Program-made: the position numbers and the translations under genes | Assembly: GCA_951406725.2 (NCBI GenBank) | Contig: OX597830.1 | Coordinates: 71,424,001-71,488,000 of the forward strand | Reading direction: 5' to 3' | Length of the DNA: 64,000 bases | Origin: Octopus vulgaris | Taxonomy: Eukaryota | Shown: positions 12,919-26,356 of the stretch, one piece after another | How positions within the stretch are numbered: position 1 is the stretch's first letter | Layout of the letters: every line of letters begins with the position of its first letter | Notes under the pieces: generated by a model | Seen by the model: the letters and a program-made list of their open reading frames with translations, nothing else | Told to the model about the DNA's origin: nothing | Databases searched by the model: none

Positions 12919-14436
12919 AAAATATTCAATTATATTTTTCTTTCAAATTCCTCCGAGGTCGATTTGTTTCCATCCTTCTAGGTTCTATAAAATAAGTACC
13001 AGTCAATAACTGAATAATATGGTTGGCTGCACTCAGCAGTGAGCTGTCAGAATCGTAGCACGCCGGGCAAAATGCTATACAGCATTTCGTCCGTCTTTAC
13101 GTTCTGCGTTCAAATTCCGCTGGTGTTGACTTTGCCTTCCATCCTTTCGGGTTCGATAAAATAAATACCAGTTGAGCTCTGAAGTCGATGTGATCGATTT
13201 AACTCCTTAACCTAAAAAAAAAAATCTGCTTGCCTTGCGCCAAAATTTGAAACCAATGTAATTGACTGTACTCTTTTTATGAAACAGTTGCTTCTGATTT
13301 AAACACAAAGCAAAAATATTTGAGGGGAGGGGAATTGTCGATTACATCAACCCCCAGTACATGACTGGTACTTTATTTTATCGACTCCGAAAAGATGAAA
13401 TGCGAAGTTTACCTCTGCAGGATTTGAACTTAAAATGTAAAGAGACAGAACACCTCTTGCAAAGCATATTTGTCCGACACTCTAGCAATTCTGCTAATCC
13501 ACCGTCTTCCTCTAGTCAAATAATGGTTCTTAATTTGGGTACATGTTCAACAATTCTGAAGGGAAGATATTCGTCAATAACACCGACCCCAGGACTTTAA
13601 TTTAACGGCGTCGAGAGGATGAAAGGCAAATTAACCTTGGCGTGATTCGAGCTCAAATAAGGAGGTAGAGAAATATCACAAGGTATAGCTCGGTACACTA
13701 ACGATTTTGATTAAGGTTAGCATTTAATCCCATAAGCAAACGTTTGCTCATCAAAAATTCAAATAAATAAGACTGGTCAGTACTCACCTACAGGTAAGGA
13801 TCTTGTACATAGTCACATGTTCTGTTGGGAAATGCCGCCAGATCTTTCTCAAATCGTCTTTGAAATGGGTGACATAGGATAACATAATCCTTGTTAAAGT
13901 GTTTGAAGTAAACATGTCATAGTCACGGTTCTAATGCGTTTGATCATAATTCTGCTCATTTAGAGCGCAAAAAGGTTCAAACGACAAAAACAACAGCAGC
14001 AGAAGCGATAGCATACTTTTATCTGTATTTGCACACCAAACATCAGCTCTTTGATATCGGTTACCGATAGAATATGAGATCGATAGAATAAGTACTAGGC
14101 TTACAAAAGAATAAGTTCTGGGGTCGATTTTGCTCGTCTAAAGGCGGTGCTCCAGCATGGCCGCGGTCAAATGACTGAAACACGTAAAAGAGTAAAAGAG
14201 AATAACTACTATGCCTTAAAAAAAAAAAGTAGTACTGGGGTCCATTCATTCGACTAAAAATTCTTCAACGCGGTGCCCCAGCATGGCCGTACTCTAATGA
14301 CTGAAGCAAGCAAAACATGAAAAAGCTGCATGTGCATTCGCGCGCGCATGTGTGTGTGTGTGTGTAAAATGGTAAAGGTGTCACTGAAGGTCATTGACGG
14401 CGATAGTGGTAATATAATGGTAATGTTACTGATGTT

Positions 14437-14479
<43 letters not shown>

Positions 14480-14924
14480 GTGGTGGAGCTGCTGGTGGAG
14501 ACGATAGCAAAATTAATACATTCATTTATCTGTCTATACATATTTTCGAAATTGTGCAGTTGCATCGGATGAAAATAGTTGGGACTCCTATATTCGATAG
14601 CAAATGGTATAGGCGGTTGGGGGGTGGGGTGGGGCGTTACTGATGGTCTTATTTATTTCCTAACCTAATTTACCCTACGACCTAATTTAATTACAGTTCA
14701 TTCGATTATATCGAAACATGGTGAATGCTTATTATCATTCGTTGCACGATGTTAGTCTGTTGTGCCACGGATGGCATTTTTTAGGCTGGTTGACTAAGTC
14801 GTGTACTCGTGTTTGTGTCTATGTATAGAGATGTGCTTGTGTGTGTTATGTATATATATATGAGTTGGTGCATTGTCTTCGTAACACATACATACACGTA
14901 CACACACATACTCATACACATATA

Positions 14925-15159
14925 TATATGTGTGTATATATATGTATATATATATATATATACGAATATGCATACGTGCATATATATATGTATATACATA
15001 CATATATATATGCATATATATATATATATATATATACGAATATGCATACGTGCATATATATATGTATATACATACATATATATATGCATATATATATATA
15101 TATACATTCACACAGAATCACATATATGTATCCTACTTATATATGTATATATATATATA

Positions 15160-15207
<48 letters not shown>

Positions 15208-15342
15208 GTATATGAATTTATATATATATACATATATATGTATGTATGTATATGAATATATATATATATATATATACATATATATGTATGTATGTATATG
15301 AATATATATATATATATATACATATATATGTATGTATGTATA

Positions 15343-15389
<47 letters not shown>

Positions 15390-15397
15390 GTATATGA

Positions 15398-15430
<33 letters not shown>

Positions 15431-15507
15431 TATGTATGTATGTATGTATATGAATATATATATATATATATATATATAATACATATATATGTATGTATGT
15501 ATGTATA

Positions 15508-15543
<36 letters not shown>

Positions 15544-15671
15544 CATATATATGTATGTATGTATGTATATGAATATATATATATATATATATATACATAC
15601 ATATATATGTATGTATGTATGTATATGAATATATATATATATATATATACATACATATATATGTATGTATG

Positions 15672-15713
<42 letters not shown>

Positions 15714-15812
15714 TATGTATGTATGTATGTATATGAATATATATATATATATACATACATACATATATATGTATGTATGTATGTATATGAATATATATAT
15801 ATATATACATAC

Positions 15813-15844
<32 letters not shown>

Positions 15845-16200
15845 ATGAATATATATATATATATATACATACATACATATATATGTATGTATGTATGTAT
15901 GTATATGAATATATATATATATATATATATATACATACATACATATATATGTATGTATGTATGTATATATGAATATATATATATATATACATACATACAT
16001 ATATATGTATGTATGTATGTATGTATATGAATATATATATATATATACATACATACATATATATGTATGTATGTATGTATGTATATGAATATATATATAT
16101 ATATATATACATATATACATATATATGTATGTATGTATATGATATATATATATATATATATACATACATACATATATATGTATGTATATATGCATATATA

Positions 16201-16239
<39 letters not shown>

Positions 16240-16280
16240 TATATGTGTATATATATACATATAATATACATATATTTGTT

Positions 16281-16330
<50 letters not shown>
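14925..16330. repeat. Higher-order microsatellite array, unit ~45-60 bp: TATGAA(TA)n CATACATATATATG(TATG)n
   Basis: The unit recurs many times, punctuated by TATGAATATA. Confidence 0.9.
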
Positions 16331-16331
<1 letters not shown>

Positions 16332-16570
16332 TAGCCCGTGTTTGTGTGTGCATGCATGTGTATTTGCTGATGTATATCAATGTTTCTTTGAGAGTGACAA
16401 ACTTAACGTCCGGCAAGGTGAGCTACATTTACAGTCAGCATGAGAAGTATATATCGCATGCCAATTACATTTAAACAGATAACACATTACACCCCCCCCA
16501 CACACACACACACATACACACACACACATTCACACACCTACATGACCATACGTCATTATCTACACACATA

Positions 16571-16790
16571 AAGGCGACGAGCTGACAGAATCGTTAGCAC
16601 GCCGGGCGACATGCTTAGCAGTATTTCGTCTGTCATTACGTTCTGAGTTCAAATTCCAACGAGGTCGACTTTGCCTTTCGTCCTTTCGGATTCGATAAAT
16701 AACGTACCAGTGAAACTCTGGGGTCGATGTAATCAACTAGTCATCTCCCCCAAAATTTAAATCATTGTGCCTATAGTAGTAAGGATTATC
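16571..16790 (+). mobile_element. SINE family A with alternative tail (..TTGTGCCTATAGTAGTAAGGATTAT)
   Basis: Same head and body as family A but a different 3' end. Similar copies at ~13040-13255, 48559-48745 and 49131-49345, plus a minus-strand cluster at 62260-62900 and 63710-63912. Confidence 0.85.
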
Positions 16791-16796
16791 TACACA

Positions 16797-17195
16797 GGCG
16801 CAGGAGTGGCTGTGTGGTAAGTAGCTTGCTTAACACCCACATGGTTCCGGGTTCAGTTCCACTTTTTGGCACCTTGGGTAAGTGTCTTCTACTATAGCCT
16901 CGGGCCGACCAAAGCCTTGTGAGTGGATTTGGTAGACGGAAACTGAAAGAAACCTGTCGTATATATGTATATATATAGATGTGTGTGTTTATGTGTCTCT
17001 GTTTGTCCCCCCTCCCCCAACATCACTTGACAACCGATGGTGGTGTGCTTACGTCCTCGTAACTTAGCGGTTCGGTAAAAGAGACCGATAGAATAAGTAC
17101 TAAGCTTACAAAGATTAAGTCCTGGGGTCGATTTGCTCGACTAAAGGCTGTGCTACAGCATGGCCGCAGTCAAATGACTGAAACAAGTAAAAGAG
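16797..17195 (+). mobile_element. SINE family B (CORE-like box, internal TA/TG microsatellite)
   Basis: GGCGCAGGAGTGGCTGTGTGGTAAG..GGTTCAGTTCC..CACCTTGGGTAAGTGTCTT..(TA)(TG)..tail CAGCATGGCCGCAGTCAAATGACTGAAACAAGTAAAAGAG. Confidence 0.9.
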
Positions 17196-17722
17196 TACAT
17201 ACGCACGTCTATATACTATACACTCCGATGGACACATACACAAACCAAGCCAGTATCTATAGTATTTAGTAGAAAGCAAACCACTTCTCTATATACACTC
17301 TGATCTATAGTGGCTGCTATAGCCACAGGATCGAGCCTTTTTCCTTCCCTTTGATCTGTCGGCGTACATCAAAAGGGGAAAGAGGAATATAACTTATTTT
17401 CTTAAAAAAAGTTGATGCCTCCAGCAATAAGTGAGAGAAGGTGGAGCGGGTGACATTGGCGGTCAGCTTGGTTAAAACGTCCAAAGCGAAGCTGCGCGTG
17501 TGTCGCTTATATGACTTTTCTCCCTTCCTCCGACTGATGTGAAAATCACACCAAACTCTATAAAGATAAAACGACAACAACAACAACAACAACAAGAGTA
17601 AGGTTATAAACACAGAAATGAATGAATAAATAAAATAAAAGTCTTTAGCTAGACACTTCAGAGCGGGATGTTGTAAACTACACAGTGGCATTTTTTATTA
17701 CACGCAAGCGGTATCTACAAAG

Positions 17723-17758
<36 letters not shown>

Positions 17759-17762
17759 TACA

Positions 17763-17794
<32 letters not shown>

Positions 17795-18280
17795 CACATA
17801 CATACATACATACATACATACAGACAGACACATACATACATACATACACACATACATACATACACACACACACATACATACATTTGTACGTACATACACG
17901 CCTTACAAGTACATACACACATACATAGACACTCTCACACACACATACATATATACATAAGGAAATGAAAAAATGTATGTATATGGTGTTGGTAGGCAGG
18001 GGTGGTGGTCGTGGTGGTGATGAGTACCAAGTCCAATTCTCGTAGTCGAAGAGAAGTCTGCAATAAAAACTTGTAAAAGAACCATAACGTTTAAAATCAC
18101 GAAAACCCGCCTTTAATTTTCTAACCAGCAACAACACCGAGAAAAAACAAAAAAACATAAAAAAGGGAAAAAAATGACGAATAAAGAAAGAGAGAAGCTA
18201 ATAGCACCATCAACAGCAGTACTAATCAAATCAATAATACCAACAGCAGCAATAACAAAAACAGAGTAAACAGTAACATT

Positions 18281-18382
18281 ATGGCTATATCATTTAACAA
18301 CACCACTGTTCGCTTTCGTCTTCTGCTGCGTCGCACCAAATCCTTGCCAATGAAAAGCACGCAGTTAATATTTTGTCATAAG
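18281..18382 (+). CDS. Candidate first coding exon (MAISFNNTTVRFRLLLRRTKSLPMKSTQLIFCHK), product unknown
   Basis: ATG in attATGG context, 34 open codons, ending at a strong donor AAG|GTAAGA. No homology recognised and no downstream exon identified. Confidence 0.3.
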
Positions 18383-20846
18383 GTAAGAACGTGTTATTTG
18401 TTCTGTTAAATTTTGTTTAATCTCTTGGCTTATAATGTATAGCTCTTATAATTACACATACACATACACATGCACGAACGCGAGCGCACATATATGGAGG
18501 CTTATGAGTGTAAAGTGATAAACATAGACATACACACACACACACACGACCCAACCGGTGATGGACGGAATCTCTGGTTTATCTGTTTAATTTAGCAACC
18601 GAGTTCCTCTTAAATACCATCCTATGATCCTAAGAAAATGATTAATGCAGTAATTAGATAATGTAGTCTTTTGATAATTAGTGTCTTGTAAAAAAAACAA
18701 AAAACAAATAAAAACAAAAATGCTGACATCGTTTGAATGCTTTAGGTTAAAAGTTAGTCCACCCAGTGTTAAAAAGTTAGGGAATTTAAAAGTTAGTTCA
18801 TCCAGGGTTAAGCAATGGCAATAACCATAACAGCGGCGACATCAACCACAAAATATACAGAAACGTGCTTTTTTTTTCAAATTCTTCAAAAAATAGCAAC
18901 GTACATTAATAACTACAAAAACAAACAAAAAAGTTAACAATGCGCCAGGTCAGCTAAGTCAAAATGAAGTAGATTCGCTAGGGTCGAGGAAACCCGCCCT
19001 CATTCCTTGTCCACGGGCAATAGAAATTTCGATGGATGCGATTAATCGAAGTTATCGGTGCGAGTAGTTGAATGTACGCACATTTTTTCGGATCCGAAAA
19101 AAAAAGGGCAAAGTTTAGCCGCAGCAGAATTTGAAATCAGAACGTAAAGATCCGCAGCAAATACCGCAAGGCATTTTGTCGGACACGTTGATGATTCTGC
19201 CAATCCACCGTCCCAGAACTAGTATAAATTGCATATATTCCTTTATTCTGTATTTGCTTCGGTCATTATATTGTGGTCATTCTGGGACACTGATTTGAGG
19301 AATTTTTACCTGAAAAAGTTAACCCCAGTGATTTTTATTTTAATAGTGATACTTATTGTATCGATCTTTTCCGTCGAACCGCTAGGTTACAGGGACGTAA
19401 ACAAACCAATACCGGAATCCATGCACAAATTGATACAAAGACACCCTACATCCGTAGACGGGTGTCTACACAGTTTCTGTTTACCAAATCCACTCACGAG
19501 GTCTTGTCAGTCCGGGGCTAGAAACTACTTGTCCAAGGTGCCTCGCAATGAAATTGAACCCGAAACTGCATGGTTGCAAAGCTAGGGTCTTAATTACACA
19601 GCCATGCCTACCATTAATGTACATACATATATATGTATGTATATACCAGGACACACACCACACACACGCAAACACACACACACATGAATGTGGAAAAGTA
19701 AAGATATATTATTTTTACTCGATACAGATGTGTCTCCACTGTTTCTAAATGTACTTAGATCTCGACCTTGGCACTGAATGTTCCGTGGGCTTTCGGAATT
19801 GCTGTCACGAATAAACTTGAATATTCTTTTGTTTTTCTCTTTGTTTTACTATTTTACGCCATGTTATGATACCCAACATTCTGTAACACTCGTAATACGA
19901 AACAAAGAAAAAAATTCAAGCATTGCTGTTCTTCAAATTTCTTAACCGTTTCACAGCTATTCTTAATCCATTGCTACCACATGGTCATCCTATGCACAAG
20001 AAACACCAGTCAAATCAAAATTTGATATCATAGTCTCTGTAATATCTTGAAGACTGTGACATTAAGGAATTTAATTTTAGAGAGGTCGTGACTGTTAAAA
20101 AAGAACACACACACAAACTCACATGAGCACATATACGCATAAATACATACACATATACACCCACATTCACATGAATACACAAAAACAAATAAACACACAT
20201 AAACACACACACATACAATGAATGGCATGTTTTTGATCAGAGATAGGCCTTTTCGATCAGGCCTGGGATTGATCAAAATAACAATAAAAGCACTCACACA
20301 TACATAGAGAAACTCAATATATTAAAACTAGCCACAGGTCCGACAATTCATTTCCTACCATCATTTTGAATAGTGGTCAGGGCTGGATTGTCTGTGATCA
20401 AAAGTTTGCGTGATTAGCACAGGCATAGTTTAAACGAAGTATAACAAATAATTATAAATGCACAATTCATTAAGGAATCTCTTTCGAAAATTACAAATTG
20501 TAACAAAAAAAAATATATAAAAAAGGGTGGGGTGAGCTTTCGAAGTTTGTACGTATAATATGGTTGAGGAAATGAAACAAACAGCACTAATTGAATGTAA
20601 AATGTAAACCAGTTATCCTTAATAATTGCTAAACATCGTCAACAATCGATGATAAAGACAAGTGGTAAACTGCGCTTAATTTACATTTCAATGTGGTTTT
20701 TGTTTATGATTATTTAACTGAAGTAAAAAAAAAAAAAAAGGTATTAGCGAACGCACGCGCGAGCACATACACACACACACACAACACAAACTGCTATGCA
20801 TAATGCACATACGTATACATGTACACAGACGAAAATAAGCTGTGCA

Positions 20847-21078
20847 AAGGCGGCGAGCTGGCAGAACCGTTAGCACGCCGGGCGAAATGCGTAGCCGTAT
20901 TTCGTCTGCCGTTACATTCTGAGTTCAAATTCCGCCGTGGTCGACTTTGCCTTTCATCCTTTCGGGGTCGATAAATTAAGTACCAGTTACGCACTGGGGT
21001 CGATGTAATCGACTTAATCCGTTTGTCTGTTCTTGTGTGTCCCCTCTATGTTTAGCCCCTTGTGGGTAATCAAGAAAT
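20847..21078 (+). mobile_element. SINE family A, full length
   Basis: Near-consensus copy; TSD AATAAGCTGTGC at 20834-20845 and 21083-21094. Confidence 0.92.
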
Positions 21079-21372
21079 ACATAATAAGCTGTGCCATCCT
21101 TTCACATTCACACAGGGCAGGTTCATTCCAATCACATTATATGTACAAGCTTCGAAAGATCATCTTTAAAAAAAAGCTTCATTTCAAAAATAAAATTGAT
21201 TTGTTATTTCTGTTTACTGATGCATAATCTACACTGAAATACAAATGTATGCTTTTATTTATTTATATAGCTTCATAAATGGTCGGAAATTGAAGCGGCG
21301 TGTTGGCAGGGTCGTTAATATGCCGGGCATAATTCTTCCTGCATTTCACCTGTCTATACGTTCTGAGTCCAA

Positions 21373-21604
21373 AGGCGGCGAGCTGGCAGAAACGTTGGCA
21401 CGCCGGGCGAATTACATAGCCGTATTTCATCTGCCGTTACGTTCTGGGTTCAAATTCCGCCGAGGTCGACTTTGCCTTTCATCCTTTCGGGGTCGATTAA
21501 ATAAGTACCTGTTACGCACAGGGATCGATGTAATTGACTTAAACCGTTTGTCTGTCCTTGTTTGTCCTCTCTGTGTTTAACCCCTTGTGAGTAGTAAAGA
21601 AATA
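21373..21604 (+). mobile_element. Young SINE family A nested in an older family A copy (~21294-21745)
   Basis: 18-bp TSD TATACGTTCTGAGTCCAA at 21355-21372 and 21605-21622, itself part of the SINE consensus. Confidence 0.92.
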
Positions 21605-22827
21605 TATACGTTCTGAGTCCAATTCCTACAGAGGGCGAATTCGACTTTTATTCTTTCGCGGTCGATAAAATAAGTACTGCCGTCGATCTAATCGACCAAT
21701 TCCTCCTGCGAACTTGCTGGTCTTGTACTAAATCTTGAAAACAATAATTTTTTTTTCGAAAGCATATTGTAAACTTCCCAGTTCCGTACATTTATATTTG
21801 CTGGAAATAATCACTGTACATGTAAAAATAACACATTTTAACTATTTATATCCACATTTCTGACTGTTTACGTTCCGACATCAAATCCCGACGAAGTCCA
21901 CTTTACTAGTAATCGTTTCGAACTCGATAAATAGAATGTAACACTCACTTGAGATTGAGTGTACAGGCTAATCGTTTTCCCTCAAAACTACTAGTCGTAT
22001 TTTCCTAGTTTAAATCAGAAACCGCCTTCGAAACACGGAGTAGATGAAACAGGGACAACTGATGAAGGGGAATATTCCTTATTACTCAAACCCAGTGTAG
22101 GCCTAGGGTTCGTCAAAAGTTTCTTTTCGTTTGTTTTGTTACGCAGGTTTATCATACATCGTCGGTTTGCTAAATCTTCCGTCATATTACACCAATTTTA
22201 GCTTACTGAATCGAATCGAGATTTTTTCATCAATAACAAAAACCGTGGTCCAGAAATCGAAAACACCATCTTACGATTACGTGTCCAACACTCTACCTAC
22301 TTGGTCACGCCCATCCACGGAAATTTAAATATGAATTAAATTTTTTTTTTTTTTAAATAAATTGTGGGAAAAAAAATTAAATTATTCGTTTCGACTAATA
22401 AGTACAAGGGTTGAAATTATTGCTTTTAAATTTTGACACAAGGCCACCAATTTCAAGGGTGGGATAGGTCGTTTAGATCGGCCCCAGTACTTTAATGGTT
22501 CTTGTTTTGTCGACCTCGATCGGATGAAAGACAAAAACGGACGAAATGTGCCGAGCCTTTTGCCCAGTGTGTTAGTTGTTCGACCGGAGAATTTGCATCA
22601 TTATATTATTAACAATAGTTTATATCTGTCATTTTTGCTAATTCAGAATCATCAATGTGAAATGTGAAACTTTATTTCGAGTTCTAAACTCTAAGGAGAT
22701 CAATTTTGGCTTTCACACTTCAGTAATTCTAGTACATTTTTCAGATGGAATAATGTGAATAACACATTGAAAATTAAACTGCGATGTCATATCGATATGG
22801 GTTTAAATTCTCTCTCTCTCTCTCTAA

Positions 22828-22860
<33 letters not shown>

Positions 22861-22866
22861 CACATA

Positions 22867-23039
22867 GGCGCAGGACTGGCTGTGTGGTAAGCAGCTTGTT
22901 TACCAACCACATGGTTCTAGGTTCATTCCCACTGCGTGGCACCTTGGACAAGTGTCTTCTACAATAGCATCGGGCCGACCCAAATCTTGTGAGTGGATTT
23001 GGTAGACGGAAACTGAAAGAAGCCCGTCATATGTATGTG

Positions 23040-23070
<31 letters not shown>

Positions 23071-23270
23071 CAGTGTTCGTTCCTCCCAGCATCGCTCGAT
23101 AACCGATGGTGGTGTGTTTACGTCCCTGTAACTTAGTGGTTCGGCAAAAGAGAGCGATAAAATAAGTATTAGGCTTCCAAAGAATAAGTCCTGGGGTCGA
23201 TTTTCTCGACTAAAGGCGTTGCTCCAGCATGGCCGCAGTCAAATGACTGAATCAAGTGAAAGAATAAAAG
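22867..23270 (+). mobile_element. SINE family B
   Basis: Full head, internal (TG)n and tail matching 16797-17195. Confidence 0.9.
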
Positions 23271-23307
23271 TGTATATATTATGAGACAGACCGAAAGAAA
23301 AATAACA

Positions 23308-23359
<52 letters not shown>

Positions 23360-24535
23360 TGCGTCTGTGTGTTTGTGTATATGCTTGTCTTTAACCACCG
23401 ATTGACCACCAGTATTAGTGTTTGTGAACGCGTAACTTAGTAGTTCAGCAAAAGAAACCGATAGAATGAGTAGTGAGCTCGATTCGTTCGACTAAAATTC
23501 GTCAAGACGGTTCTCTAGCATGGCCACAGTCTAATGAGTGAAACAATTAAAAGATATATATATACATATATATACATATATATATATATATATCTTTTCA
23601 ACATCCATTTCTCTCTTTATCTATCTATATCTATACAATCTCTCTCTCTCTCCCTCTTCTTCTTCTGTCTACCCCCCTCTCTCTCTCTTGTTCTTCTGTC
23701 TACCTCTCTCTCCCCACTCTACATTTATTTGACGTGCCGGTCAGTGCAGAATATCTTTGATGTCCACGCCTCACAGGAAAAAAAAAAGCTTCCAATAAAA
23801 CTAACCCATATCCTGCTAGTTTATTATATAGCAACCTACACTCACTTCAAGATATTTCATCGAGATAACCATAAACATCATCATCATTACAACCACCACC
23901 ATCACCATCACCACTACGGTCATCACAAACATGATCACCATCATCATCATCACCATCATCAATTGCTACTACTTCAACGATGGTGGTTTCTGACATTACC
24001 AGGTCATATATATGTCGGGGTGGTTGCGGGATGGGATGAGGCTGACTGACTATTGCAGTGTGTTGTCTCGACATTAGTACTTAAATGGCAGCATTTTATC
24101 GATCCCGGTGGAAGATGAAAGACTAAAAACGATCCCGGTGGTATTTGAACCAAAAACTTCAAGGAAAGTAACTTAATGCTTTTGAAGTTATTTTGTTTCC
24201 TATATTGGTTTTTACCAGCCATATTGTCAATATTGGATGAAGGCCTAAAATTTAGGGCAGAGATTTAGTCAGTTTTGGGGATTAAATCGACTCCAATATT
24301 TAAGTGGCACTTCATTTTATTGACACCAGAGGGATGAAAGACAAGGCTGCCATCTGTGGGATTTGAACTCAGAACTTACAGAGCAGAAAAAATACTCTTT
24401 TTAAACATTTTAAACATTTTATTCGACGCTTTAACGCAGTGGCTCTCAACTGGGCTACGTATGGCCTTTGGAAGTTCATATTTAGATTTTGTTAAAATTT
24501 ATCTGCAATAAATTGGTTATACTTTTACAATACCG

Positions 24536-24677
24536 TAGGAGTGGCTGTGTGGTAAGTAGCTTGTTTACGAACCAAATAGTTCCGGGTTCAGTCCCACTGC
24601 GTGGCACCTTGGGCAAGTGTCTTCTATTATAGCCTCGGGTCGACCAAAGCCTTGTGAGTGGATTTAAGAAGGCCGTC

Positions 24678-24740
<63 letters not shown>

Positions 24741-24943
24741 TATGTGTTTGTGTGTCTGTGTTTGTCCTCCAACATCGCTTGGCAACCGATGATGGTGTGT
24801 TTACGTCCCCGTAACTTAGCGGTTCGTCAAGAGAGACCGATATAATAAGTACTAGGCTAACAAAGAATAAGTCCTGGGGTCGATTTGCTCGACTAAAGGC
24901 GGTGCACCAGCATGGCCACAGTCAAGTGACTGAAACAAGTAAA
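24536..24943 (+). mobile_element. SINE family B with expanded internal (TA)n
   Basis: Matches 16797-17195, with a small deletion before the microsatellite. Confidence 0.9.
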
Positions 24944-25259
24944 TCATTGTCGTAAATAAATTTTCGCTCACATGTTCTCCGACGCTTTCAATATTCAAGA
25001 GCTTTGCTCTGCAATGGTTAATGAAACTGGAACAGGGCCTCGCATGGTGAGTGGGAGTTAGGAGCCCACGAGACTGATCTCATTATTTGATTTATAGAGT
25101 CAATGAGAGCCTATCGGTGCGGTAATGCAACCTGCTACAAATAGCAGTCAATGTCTTTTCATCGAATCTCGCTCCATTGTCTTAAACAGGAAGTAAACAA
25201 GATAAAATTACGTCTTGTGCTGAACAGCGACAGATAATTTATTACTGACCCGAAAAGTA

Positions 25260-25824
25260 TTGGCTTGTCCGGAAAGTTCGTGCCGATTTATAGTAGCTTA
25301 CCTTTCGACTCATTTTAGAACATGGTTGAGTCCCTAAAATAGGATTTGACTACACCTCCATTTAGAGCACAGTTTAAGCTATCTTTTCGTGGAAGAAGGT
25401 TTATGTTCCTATAACCTGTGTTCATTCTGTAACCCTTTAAAAGGGAAGATAAGAAAGTTCATTTTCGGCACTTGATGCTTTGGGAACCAGACAAAAATTG
25501 CTGCAGCTCGGCTGTGATGTGTTACTCTCCCTCCATATTCACCAGATATTGGTCCTTCGGATTTCCACGTATTCAGGTCTCTGCAGAATAGTCTTAATGG
25601 TAAAAATTTCAATTCCCTGGATGACGTAAAAAGATACCTTGATGAATTCTTTGCCATGAAACCACCTCAGTTCTGAGAAGAGGGTATTTTCAAGTTAAAG
25701 GAAAGATGGAGACACATTGTGCAAGAAAATGGTTCATATTTGGTTGATTAAAAATGTAATGGCAAGTATTTATTGACCTTTTCCTTTCCTTTAAAAATCG
25801 GCTCGAACTTTCCGGACAACCCAA
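25260..25824 (+). mobile_element. Internally deleted mariner (Tc1/mariner) transposon
   Basis: TIRs TTGGCTTGTCCGGAAAGTTCGTGCCGATTT / AAATCGGCTCGAACTTTCCGGACAACCCAA, TA on both sides; encodes EDKKVHFRHLMLW joined to TRQKLLQLG..PPYSPDIGPSDFHVFRSLQNSLNGKNF..RWRHIVQENGSYLVD*. Confidence 0.93.
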
Positions 25825-26356
25825 TATATACGGCTAAATGCGATGTTGCTGGGACTTGAACTCAGAACGTAAACAGCAGTAACTAAATACAGTAAAAAAA
25901 ATTCTGATATGCAAACGTTTCAGTGATTACCCTACAGCCACCTTCCTTGTTGATGATGATCTTAAATTTGGGATAGTGGTTAGGTCAAAGTCGATTCAAT
26001 CCACATCAGCACTTCTGCTGTTTTTACTTTTATCCTCGATCTCAGAATGACGGAAGACTAAAATCGACCTCGTCAGGTTTCCAACTCGGAACGTAGAAGA
26101 AACCTAATTTGAGCATCAAGAATCATTGACTAGAGTTATGTTCGTTTCAACTTAGCTTATATAGTGTCCATCAAAATCCAATGAAAAATATATGTGTGAT
26201 GAAGACAAGTCAACTTTAGCTCAAAGGCTAATATTTTAGTTATTGCAGCAAGTACGAGAGACAACTATGAAAATGTTTCGGTATTTATGAGATTTATGAG
26301 TATAGACTTCACTCTGCTTGCCCTAGTGTTTATAAATGGATTATTATGATGTATAA

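Noticed and set aside
15108-16271. Long ORFs (387 aa and others) of Y/I/H/T/M/C repeats, also at 3398-4352, 31660-32613 and 49754-51256
   Set aside because: Translations of TA/TG/CA microsatellites, which lack stop codons by composition.
22020-22075. Permuted hammerhead-like order CCTTCGAAAC...CTGATGAAGG (homolog at 60670-60720, minus strand)
   Set aside because: A real dispersed repeat, but stems I and III cannot be formed, so it is not called a ribozyme.
24437-24535. hAT/Charlie-like end CAGTGGCTCTCAAC
   Set aside because: No matching second TIR or TSD found.
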